From assembly GCF_000002075.1 (NCBI RefSeq), contig NW_004797410.1, forward strand, positions 751,837-812,123: DNA of 60,287 nucleotides. The letters run 5' to 3'. This stretch comes from Aplysia californica. Taxonomy: Eukaryota. How positions within the stretch are numbered: the first letter of the stretch is position 1; each line of letters starts with the position of its first letter. Below are positions 39,231 to 49,704 of the stretch, piece by piece. The position numbers and the translations under genes were made by a program. Under the pieces are notes generated by a model. It saw nothing but the letters and a program-made list of their open reading frames with translations, was not told the origin of the DNA and did not search any database.

Positions 39231-39879
39231 AAAGGTTAAAAATCTACAAACACAAATTGACACTAGCAGCTAACTCACATTGGTATCGTGCCGTTCTGCG
39301 ATAAGGATGATCTAGTTTCGAATGTGTATGATGAAGTCTTGAATCTCGTTTTCAGAGTGTTCAAAACTCTACCCAACTGACTCGGTCCTATCAGAAATGA
39401 AGGTAAATCTGGAGGACCCAATGCTCTACTAAATTTACACTATTGTAAGAGACGTTTACCCCTACCATATTTACACGGAATCCCAAATCCTTTTGCTTCC
39501 TAAATTCACCACAATTTGGATCAGTAATTATGAGGCGGGCTACGACTCTGCCTTTCATAAACTAACCGGCATTAGAGGGATACAGCGTCTCAGCAGAAAT
39601 ATGGAGATACATGATAATATAGATTTTCCCCCACAGTGAAATCAATCTTGGGTCTTTTGCGTTAGACAGCGAAGCGCCTCTTACCCCTACACTACAAACA
39701 CCCGTCCTCTAAAGTGTGGTCACGGATAAGAAATCTTGATAACTATAAAACAAAAGGAACGATAAAAGAGTGAATATGCTCAAAATGATGGCAGTGTGGT
39801 GTTATTGCTTCAGGTAAGTGAATTCAGCTAGAGAACCTCCACCTTTGCACAACGTACGGTGATAATTACATTGAAGATG

Positions 39880-39984
39880 TTTTTTATTTATAAGAATTCC
39901 TATTAAATACAATGTTGAAAACTTCATTTGCATTTCTCATAAATACGCGTTTTGCTTTCGTGTCGAGACTTGTGGGACACCCTG
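39880..39984 (-). mobile_element. Tc1/mariner-type terminus
   Basis: Minus strand TA|CAGGGTGTCCCACAAGTCTCGACA, a typical Tc1/mariner MITE end. Partner TIR uncertain (degenerate TACAGCGTCTC at 39581). Confidence 0.45.
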
Positions 39985-40077
39985 TACAATTTGTAAACAA
40001 GTTTCTTCTTCCTCGTCCATCGTTCCGTGTGTTTTCCGTGCTCTCTTCTGGCACCAGTGTGTCTAGAGGATCAATAC

Positions 40078-40170
40078 CTTGTATCAGACAATGGGACAGA
40101 AGTAACGATTGCATCCCCGGACAACAGACACCACAATGTACACAGCAAAGGGAGGCTTTTAATCTGCAAC
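40078..40170 (-). CDS. Candidate secreted-peptide gene, exon 2 (signal peptide (MW)LQIKSLPLLCTLWCLLSGDAIVTS-VPLSDT)
   Basis: T-rich tract then ...AACAAG| acceptor; 93 nt, phase 2-2; donor AAG|GTATTG. Hydrophobic signal-peptide-like core. Differences from the duplicate at 41741-41832 are enriched at wobble positions. Confidence 0.5.
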
Positions 40171-40866
40171 CTTGTTACAGGCAAGCGGCAAATAAAACAA
40201 ATAATAAAAAAACAGCAGCAGCAAAGGTAGTAATAGCGATAATCAGAGACTGAATTGGTCAGATAAGCAAATGATTTTCAGAAAAAAGAAGACATTTATT
40301 GATAAGTTTAATGTTCAAGTGTGCGTTAGCTCTCTTATAACGAAACTACAACGACAACTACTTCAGCAACAACAATATAACAACACCAATACCGACGCCA
40401 CTATCATCGATAAAAATAATTAAGATGACAGCAACAGCAACAACAGCAGCAGTAACAGTATCAGCAGCAATATTTCTGAAAAGCGGAAGCCACTTCTGCA
40501 AAGTGTACCCAAAATCCAAAGAACCCAAGCAGGTTTAGAACAACGCAGATAATTTGCCTTTGTTATGGAGGACGGTTTGACGAGCTTAATATGTCACATC
40601 ACGTCACAACTTGTTGCTAACGTCATCCGTAACATATTATTTCTTTGAACAATATTATGGACTAGGCTCCGAGATCCAAATAAGAATCTCACCAAGAGAG
40701 ACCAGGTACCATTCCAACAAAACCAAGAGAGTATGAATCGGCAATTTTGTCTTATCCACACTTTAACAGCGACAACACCAACAACAACAACTACAACGAC
40801 TTCAGAAAATTTAGCGGAGTGTTTAGAAATGAAGAGACAGCGTATAATTTGTGATGGCTTAACTTT

Positions 40867-41378
40867 TTTTTTCTTTTTTTTTGGTAAGTGTTTTACGGTG
40901 CTCGCAACTGCATAATATCATATGAGCGCGCGGGACACATTAAACTTTTTCAGTTGGTAAGAAATTTTGAATTTTGCCCTGGTGGCGGCCGACGCCTACA
41001 CTTATCGATTTTAGTCCACCAAGAGATCCTGCACACCGGCCCTCCGAGATTTTTCGTCCTTGTCCGAGAAGGCCAGGTGTAGATCTTTCCTACCGGAAAA
41101 TCAGGGATATGGCTGAACGAAAGCAGTGAGAAGGAGCCAAGGAGTAGCAGTTGAAAGACTGCAGAAAGAGTCAGGAGCCCAGAGGAGGAGGCAAAGGAGG
41201 TGAGGGGGTGGGGGCAGAAAGAGGAGACGAAAGCAGACGACAGTACATTGCTAGAGAGCAGGAAAGAGGTGAAAAGAGAAAATTTTAGAAAAGAAAACTT
41301 TTCGGTCGCTACCCAGATTCGAACCCGGGACCTTTGAATGAGAGGCTAACACCTTAACCTCTAGGCCATGAAAGCCCC
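40867..41378 (-). mobile_element. Full-length tRNA-derived SINE (family B) with poly(A) tail and 14-bp TSD; Deu/Nin-like central domain
   Basis: Minus strand GGGGCTTTCATGGCCTAGAGG (A box) ... GGTTCGAATC (B box). A-tail appears as the T-run at 40864-40882. TSD GATGGCTTAACTTT at 40853-40866 and 41379-41392. Confidence 0.88.
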
Positions 41379-41740
41379 GATGGCTTAACTTTAGGATTTT
41401 ATTCCAGTGCAAACGGTAGTAAGTTTGTCGTGGGAAAGAGCCTAAAAAAAGAAAGTTGTGCTCTGTTGAGCCACTTATTGTCTCTGAAATGATCACACTT
41501 TAAACAAAAATAAATATGTTCCATTCTCCATAACTTGTGCCAATTTGGAAGTACCATCTTTATCTTGAAATGCAGCTCTCGCTTTGTCATTACAATAATA
41601 TACAAAGTTGCTCTCCGTCCATTCGCCCATCCGTCTGTCCCCCCTACTGTCTGCCTGTCCGACAATCTGTCTGTCCGACAGTCTGTCTGTCCGTCTGCCT
41701 GTCTGTCCTGGCAGCGTCAGTGTGTACCGTAGATCAATAT

Positions 41741-41832
41741 CATGTACCAGACTACAGGACCGATGTAACAATCGCATCGCCGGAGAACGGACACCCCCGT
41801 GTACACAGTTAGGGGAGGCTCTAATCTGCAAC
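41741..41832 (-). pseudogene. Dead duplicate of the signal-peptide exon (40078-40170)
   Basis: Aligns with 40078-40170 plus ~30 nt of flanking intron. Retains SGDAIVTSV but has a 1-nt deletion, in-frame stops, and donor GT changed to AT (41739-41740). Confidence 0.6.
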
Positions 41833-44088
41833 CTTGTCTTAACCAAACGTTTCCTCCAAAGCGATAAAACGCAGCCCTTGCCCCGATCCACGGACCTCTT
41901 CGTCAAAGGAAACAGAATCTAAACCAGGGGACACAAACAACTTCCGTCTGCTGAGAGGGCGCTCGCTGACAATGGCCGTCTAAGTGCTGTCGCGACAGGG
42001 ACATGGGAAGTCACTCTTTGCTCCGGTGGCTGTCTTGGCTGAAAGCGTTACATCTAAGGAGCGCAAAAAAAGTAATATTATTGGCACCAGGACTGAATGT
42101 ACCTGTCTTCATTATCAACAACATAAGTCTTGGTTACTTTTTGGTTTGGTTTGATTTTGTCCGATTTCAAATAGTTTGGTCTGGTTGTTGGTTGGGTCTG
42201 CTTAATTCATTATAGTTGTTTCAATTTGGTTCGTTTGTTTTGAGGTGTTTTGATATGATTGATAGTTGGATTGGTCCCAGTTTAGGGTCAACTTTAAAAA
42301 AATGCTTGTATCTCAGAAAATCAGGCAAGAATATAAACCTCACTGGGCATGAATCATCGATTTTGTGCGTCAGTTAAATCCAGAACGAATCGTTATATTT
42401 TCATTTCACAAGTTACACAAGGACGATAAGAAAGGAAAAAATAATGCTAACTCACTTGAAATTATTTTTAAAAAGAAGTGCAACTAAAACAAGCATCTGT
42501 CTCATTATTTATAGCACTTTGTACCCCGAAAAAGATCGTTTTGTAACTGAAAGAAAAAGCACAACAAATCTCGAAACGAAACTTTAGTGTTTACTACTGG
42601 TCATGACAAAACATGGAGACCGGATTTCCGTAGTGTCGCTATTCATGTTCCTCTGGCGAGTGGGCGCAAACGGGTTAGTTACATCTAATCTGTTGTCTCT
42701 AATGGCTGTAGCGACAGGGCACAGAAACTGCCCAGAGTAAAGTCAAACATTCTCCACTGGTACGGTGTTTGTCCCGCGTTTTCTATTGTTTGGCAGAAGG
42801 CAGAGGTAAAGTATACTCGTTGTAGGTTGTACATAGCGGAATAGCATTGTCATTATTAATAATTAATATCTTTCCTGGACATTTTCTTTTGTTGTAAATT
42901 TAATTGTTCATTTGTTGGATTTTTTCGGATTAGAGAAACGGATCTCCCCCTCCCTCCCTTTAAAATAAAACAACCTTTTGGGGATTTTTGGGTTTTTGTT
43001 GGGTGGGGGTAGGTGGGGGAGACTTTACTTTCATTACACTTCTTTGATACTCTGTTTTGCTGAGGTGAGCTGGGGTGGAGGGTCATGGATGTGTGAGGAG
43101 GTGGGTATCTATGGGTTGACGGAATTTTGATCGTGACATGATTGCGATTATATACTTTTGAACATCAACTATTTTTATGCATTGTAATACAGTTGTGTAC
43201 ATATAAGGCTGTCCTGATACCCCAGCTTGATAGATCAATCTTTCCATTTCAGCCCCCTTAAAAACAGCCCATAACACCCACCATGTTCTGTTCTTTAAAA
43301 AGACACGTAAGTGTTCTTAAAGCGATGAAAAAGACAAATAAATCTTCGAAAAGTAAATTATAATTGCAAATCACGCACAAGGCATTACGAGGCAGTTTAT
43401 CAAGGGGCATAACCTACAATTTTTGTATTTGCCTCAAATCGGGCAGGGTGAAGAGCCTTTCAAAATGTTTTTAGGTCAGGAATTTACAGCAGATTATAGG
43501 AATTCATTATTCAAGTAACATATTATTATATCAAAAGCCCATTGTTTACTGCACGTCTAATTCCCTGCTTAACACACGGAAAAAAGCCTTCTCAAAAGTG
43601 AATAGACCCAATGAGGTCGACAACGACAATAGGTACCACACCAACAGCTACATCAACGACAATAACAACAGAAACAAAGAGCTCAACAACAAAAACAATG
43701 AGGATTACGAAAAAAAACCACCCAAACAAACAATGGTGACATTAAAAAAACGATCTGCTATTACTCGTGCAAATAAAAATAAGACACCCCGCCTATGTTT
43801 CCTCTTCCATCTTTACTTCCAAGGTCATTATAGTGGGCGCAAACAAAGAAAAATATCTGGGTCAGTGGAGCTCATTCGCCGCTCATTACATTTCCGTTCA
43901 TTCAGAGCATCTTTGTTTCTTCGAGCCAATCCCACCGAACTGAGACAACTTTGAGAAAAGACCATATGGAGAAAAAAAAAGAATCCAGCTTAGTGATGAG
44001 ATAAACGCAGAGGCGACACACTCAGAGAGATCAAGACAGAAGTTTAAACGCCAAGTTTTGACTGAATTCTCCATGGCGCCGAACTCAC

Positions 44089-44093
44089 CACAT
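44089..44093 (-). CDS. Candidate secreted-peptide gene, coding exon 1 (ATG TG only)
   Basis: Minus strand ...CTTCC ATG TG|GTGAGT: consensus donor, phase 2. Upstream acceptor-like TATTTACCTTAG at 44191 and a TATATA-like element near 44240. Confidence 0.4.
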
Positions 44094-45329
44094 GGAAGCA
44101 GAGCGGACTTGAGCGAGTGTTTGTGTTACAATTAATCTCGATGGGCTCCCTAACACACTCTGGGTGTGATGGCGGGTTCCAGATATAGAGCTAAGGTAAA
44201 TACACACAAACGGGCCCCGGGCATGCAGCAACACGATATATACACTTCACAGATCACAAGAAACGGCTCTGCGGATGAAGATTTTCCGCCGATATCGTTC
44301 ATCACTCACAGTGAAGCAGGCGACTTAGCAACGAAAAAATTGTTATAAACATTGAAATGGGGGTTCTTTGACCTAGTATGCGGAAATTATCATCTTTGAC
44401 AATACACTGCGGAGCAGAAATGTCAGGATTAGCTATCACTGATTTATTAGTACCCTGTACAAGTTTGCATCTGGTAGACCTGCATGTCAGATAAACGAGA
44501 GCTTTTATCGAAATCTGAGGATAATCCAATAACTGGCGGAAATTGCCTCGGTCGCGGACCCCACACGAAAAATCGGTGTCGCAATTTTCCCATGCTGTTT
44601 TTGTCTCATTGCAGAAAACGGAATTTCCCATTTTCGCGTTTTGACCATTCCCTACGATATCTCTTGTGACCTTAATTTGGTTTCAAGTTTTAATTGTTAA
44701 ATTTCATACAACTCTTTGATCCCCCTCCCCCAAACCTTTTTTATTTTGCTCTCTAAATCCCCACCCATGCAGTAAAACAGATCTGGACTATTTTCGAACC
44801 TCTTTTAAAAGAAGTGTTGAAACTTTTTGATCTATTGATTATAGATTCTAACTAATTTACTCTTTTGACACTCTTTTAATAAGCATCTTTAATATGCAGA
44901 GAAAGGTATGTTGATAACACCGAATGTAAGCGAACTGAGGTTGTCCAAAAGTAACAAGAAATCTGTTCTACGATATAATGCAGAGGCGTAAATGTTTTAT
45001 CAAAAGCCGTTGCAAGGAACCTCTAAATCCGTGTCGTTGAATGTCTAAAAATGGATTGGAACGTAATTGTCTACATTGTGAATAAAAATTGAAGAGGGTA
45101 AATGAGCAATAATAAGGATAACGACATAATTGCATTTACTTAGGATAAGCTCTATAGCATGATCTATGCGCTTTACAATAAAATAATCACCCCAGCAGAC
45201 CCTAGAATACTCGGGAACATTCTCAGCTTCCCGTTGCGGGGGGGGGGGGGGGGGGGGGCATATACCGAAAGCAGCCAAGTAAAAGCTCAATCACACTTTT
45301 ATTGACACGGTCTCTCGCTGTCAAATGGC

Positions 45330-45470
45330 AGGTATCTATCTATTCCCATTAGCCTGAAATAAGAAAATTCGTGTGAAGTGCCCGTCCCTGGACCACAACG
45401 TCTTGACTCCAGCGGGGTTTGTTTCCGTGAGCTTAGGTTACGAGCCCGACAGCCTAACTACTAGATCCCA
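45330..45470 (-). mobile_element. Degenerate SINE (family E, CORE-like motif)
   Basis: GTGTGAAGTGCCCGTCCCTGGACCACAACG...GTTACGAGCCCGACAGCCT; similar to 46850-46960. Confidence 0.45.
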
Positions 45471-46764
45471 CACCCAAATCACTGGACAACAAAGTGTCAC
45501 ACCTCTTTTAATAAGGTATTCGATGATGGGTATCTCCAGAGAGGTGCTGAGCAAGACGAATTCACTGGGCTCAGAGTAAAGGACGAATTCTAAGAACAAA
45601 ATGGCAGGGAAAGTAAAAAAAAAAAAATAAGAGAAGAAAAAACTGCACAAAATGTGAGAACATCTGACGAACATGTCCAGACAGGTTTCTTTGGAGATTG
45701 GTTATTGATGGCCCTGGGGGCCTTTTTAAAAATTTTAAAACCCCCCCCCCCCCCCCGCAAAAAAATGGGGAGAGGGGAAGAGAAAGATTGAGGGAAGAGG
45801 AAGAAGGAGAAAGAGCACCCGGGGGGGGGGAGGAAGAGAAGGCACAACCCAGACCCAAAAACTTTATTTTTTAAAAAAAAAAAAAAAACCACTATTAGAG
45901 AGAGAGAGGGGGGGAGGGAAGAGGGAGCGGGATAAAGATTGAGAAAGAGATGATGTGANNNNNNNNNNNNNNNNNNNNNNNNNNNNNNNNNNNNNNNNNN
46001 NNNNNNNNNNNNNNNNNNNNNNNNNNNNNNNNNNNNNNNNNNNNNNNNNNNNNNNNNNNNNNNNNNNNNNNNNNNNNNNNNNNNNNNNNNNNNNNNNNNN
46101 NNNNNNNNNNNNNNNNNNNNNNNNNNNNNNNNNNNNNNNNNNNNNNNNNNNNNNNNNNNNNNNNNNNNNNNNNNNNNNNNNNNNNNNNNNNNNNNNNNNN
46201 NNNNNNNNNNNNNNNNGACCGTTTTATTCATATGTTCTGCCTGTCGTACTACCATTGTCAGCCTGTCAGCATTTCCGTGTCGTTGGATTCCACAGTGAGC
46301 CGGAATTCATTGTAGTGTCATGGGAAAGGCGAGGCGTTTGGGTTTGAATCTTTTCAGCTAAAAAGTGAAGATGTACTCCTTACACATATTTATTGCTACA
46401 CAAATTATCATGCCAGTCAACAACAGATAATAGTTGCACCGTTAGCTGTCTTGGTGTGATTTTGAAACAAGGTGCTACATCCCTGATGTCCATTCCAAGC
46501 GAGGCGTTCCTGAGCTCCCATTGTTTGAGGACTTTTTATCGCTTTCTCTCATCTTTACGGCATCTGGTTCTAAGAGATCGACTCTCAGATATAGAATAAA
46601 AGATACACGTTCAATTTTCAACAGTGGAAGATTATTTCATTGAGTACCCCATTCTTTCTGCGGATGTAATGTATGCTACTCAGCTTAAGTTGTCCCTGAC
46701 TAACTGGCCACCTCCTGTGCAATCCAAGATATGTCGATGGAGACTAAAAACTCAATTGTGAAGT

Positions 46765-46962
46765 TGGGTTCATTGCCCCTCTCAACACAGTAAGGTGATT
46801 TAAGAGGCGAGACCTCCAAATGTAACGTCCATCTCAAAATGGGAAATTTGTGTAAAGTGACTTTCCTAGGGACCCAACGTTGGATCGAGCTGAACCTCGA
46901 CTCCCCGAACCTGCAGTCTCAAGTTACGAGTCCGTAGCCTTGCCACAAGACTACCGACGCCA
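46765..46962 (-). mobile_element. Degenerate SINE (family E)
   Basis: TGTGTAAAGTGACTTTCCTAGGGACCCAACG...GTTACGAGTCCGTAGCCT; similar to 45330-45470. Confidence 0.45.
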
Positions 46963-47487
46963 ACAGCCTAAAACATTTACATTCACTCTAGGAAAGCGTG
47001 TATAATCAAAGGATTCATCTCTTAACTTCACTAAATGTGTTGAATGGAATGTCTTGCAGCATTTTTCAGTATATCGGTTTTTTTCAATTACTCTAAATAA
47101 GTGACTTAAAAGTTTCTGCTATTATAATATCTTCTTTGCAAGTGTTTTCCATACAGGCGCCTTTCCATCTCTGTGGGCAACGAAACAATCAATTCTGTAG
47201 CACATACTCTAGCAGCATATTATCAGATTTCATTACCATCTCTCTTCAGCAAACAGTTCTTGCTTCAATCGTCAAAATTTCAAAACCAATTGTTTGTTAA
47301 CTCTGGCTCTTTTCCGGTCGAGCCCTTCAGATTTATCAAAAGCACGCGTTCTCCCCTCGACCTGCTACCCTCACGTATCCTACACAAGCGGGTGGAATAT
47401 CGACATTCTCTTTGGAACTTTTTGTCTTTCCCAAACCTTCCTGCTCGGGACCGGCCGCCCGGTCAATTATGAGCACAAACAATTCCG

Positions 47488-47565
47488 ATTGGCCAGCAGA
47501 GGGCTCACCGGAAGCCGTTCATTTAGACCGGGGCTGCAATCCCATAAGTCAAATATGGCGGCGCC
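47488..47565. promoter_or_regulatory. Promoter/insulator-like motif cluster (CCAAT, CTCF, ETS, YY1)
   Basis: ATTGG 47488, TGGCCAGCAGAGGGCTC 47490-47506, ACCGGAAG 47507-47514 and AATATGGCGGCG 47552-47563, in a CpG-rich patch. Confidence 0.5.
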
Positions 47566-48559
47566 ACCGGATATAGAAAGACGAGGAGGCGTGTTTATAA
47601 CAGTCAGCGTGGAATGGATTTCATTTGTTCACAGTAAAGCGGTACACGGCGGCTAGATTAGACTACTGTTTGAGTTTGTTTCTAGCGAGTTAGGGTCAAT
47701 GTTGGGTGCTTTTATTACATCCTTTGCAAAGTAAGCAGCAGGTGAAGAGAAATGATGGTCTTGCGAACTTTATCCAGATAATAGTTTACATTGTGCAGCT
47801 AATAGTTTGATAGTGTCGTAAGTATTTGTTACATAATGCACATCCTTCGGCAAGTGGTTGTAAACAGAAGAGACGAATAAGCGTGTGAAAGTCATTAGTA
47901 CCTTCACTTATCCAAATCTACGCTGGGAAGTTTAAGGGTTTTATACAAGCTAGACTGCATGTGTTGAAGGAGGGTAAATATGTGGACTTGGTTCAGTATG
48001 TTATGACACAGAGCAGCTTGGTTTTATTATAAAACTGGTCCATTACAGACTATAAAACGGAACGAAATGAGTGGCAAGTGCTGTAATTGTGCCCAATACA
48101 TAATCCTCTGCACATCGAGTGTGACTTTAGAAAAGAATATTTGATAATACTGGCATCATGGTTTTATGTGCTAACGACTTTGAGAAACACTCATAAAGCT
48201 AGCGTTCTAATCTGAGGGTTTGTTTTCTTCACAGCACAAAAGCTGAAAACATCTCAGACAAATTTCGGTCTGAACTATGAGCTAGTAAACCTGAGTCTTT
48301 TTATCACGGTAGCTGTATTAAATAATATTACCTACATATTGGTAAGGCTTACTTCACAGTGCGGCAATTGTTCTGTCTATCTGTGCTTGTATTTGAAGGA
48401 TAAAATGCTTAAATTGCACCCTTGTCTTTGTTCACATACCTCTCAATTTTGCTCTGACGTTTTAAAGGACAAAAAAAAATTGCAATATTTAGCAAGAGAG
48501 TCACTCTTTGACAATATAAAATACAAAAAACAACAACACACAAACACAAAACTCCCCCC

Positions 48560-48786
48560 CCCCCCCAAAAAAAAATAGATCCACGATCTTGAAAGAAAGA
48601 AAACGAGGTTGATTAATTATTGGTGAGATTGATTTTTAAAAGAAATAACTTTTATTGCCACCTTACTAATATGGACCCCCCGCGTGCCCCCAAAACAGAC
48701 CCACAATCTTGAAAAAACAAAAAGAAAACTAGGTTAATCAATTATTGATATGATGGATTTTTAAAAGAAAGAACTTTTACTGCCAT
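48560..48786. repeat. Diverged ~125-bp tandem duplication
   Basis: AGAyCCACrATCTTGAAA...AGGTTrAT...ATTTTTAAAAGAAAnAACTTTTAyTGCCA occurs twice. Confidence 0.8.
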
Positions 48787-49269
48787 CCAATGCCGCTCAC
48801 GTTTCGTGAATAAGACACAATATTTTTCCTTGCCTTCCCGGAGCATTTTATTTTTCTGTCAAGCAAAGTCAGACCAAGTAGTTTGCCTTTGGGAAGCAAT
48901 GATGCTTCTATGATTGTGCGCAACATTTCCACCGTCGAAAAACTTCTGATAAGTATCTTGCACCATCCTTGTCATTAAGAGAGTGTTATATTTTAAATTC
49001 CGATCGATACAATTTGTATAATATAGGAAGCGGGTTAGTTCGACTTGCAAGGCCAACCAAGACTGAGAGGGATACAGATTCCTAGCAAAAAGTCGGCATT
49101 AGATAACATTCCTTAGCAAGAATTGAACACACACTTTTTGAGCGGAAGTCAAAGAGCGTAACGATTATAATATGGTACGTACACTTTCATCATCTGGAGG
49201 TGTCATCTCTAATTCAGAGGTTGACGTGGAATGACACTCCATCCTTCACGGTCGGGAGCTGCCGTTGCA

Positions 49270-49425
49270 AATTCTATTATACCCAGGCCAGTCAATGCTT
49301 TTGTGTTGTCCATCCATGTTACTCTCTTTTAGTCTTCCCCTGGCTCTCCTGTCCCACGTCCTTCCTGTAACTCTTTCACAATGGTCTCGTGTCGTTTTAA
49401 GTGACCAAAGTATTGTATTGTTCTA
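49270..49425 (-). mobile_element. RTE LINE C-terminal relic
   Basis: QYFGHLKRHETIVKELQEG...TWMDNTKALTG with disablements. Confidence 0.65.
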
Positions 49426-49529
49426 CATTTAATTTCATTAAGCACGTACACACTTTAAAGGGAGCATAATCTTAAAGTATGTTCAAGGTTATTATATTTG
49501 AAATAGGTAGTTGAACAAACCTTCACACG

Positions 49530-49704
49530 GAGGGTTTTTTATCTCCAAATTTAGAGTCCACCTCCGATAAGTTCAAACGGAGTGGGAGGGGAGCCTTGAA
49601 AACTCCAAAAACAACACAAGTCAAGAACCCCCCAAAACGGGATTCGAACCAGGGCTTTCTGGATCATAGCCCAGTGTGATCTCAGGTGAGCTAACACCAT
49701 GGGC
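49530..49704 (-). mobile_element. tRNA-derived SINE (family D)
   Basis: Minus-strand A box TAGCTCACCTG and B box GGTTCGAATCC; homologous to 737-955. Confidence 0.65.

Noticed and set aside
35083-40180. Alternative + strand exon chain (35083-35272, 37245-37398, 40058-40180; faint CUB-like TIASP)
   Set aside because: Needs a GC donor, has no start or terminal exon and gives no coherent protein. The minus-strand model explains the same segments better, but this one is not formally excluded.
41300-41378. tRNA gene (also 20963-21035, 29970-30041, 49640-49704)
   Set aside because: No proper acceptor stem; these continue into SINE bodies, two of them with TSDs.
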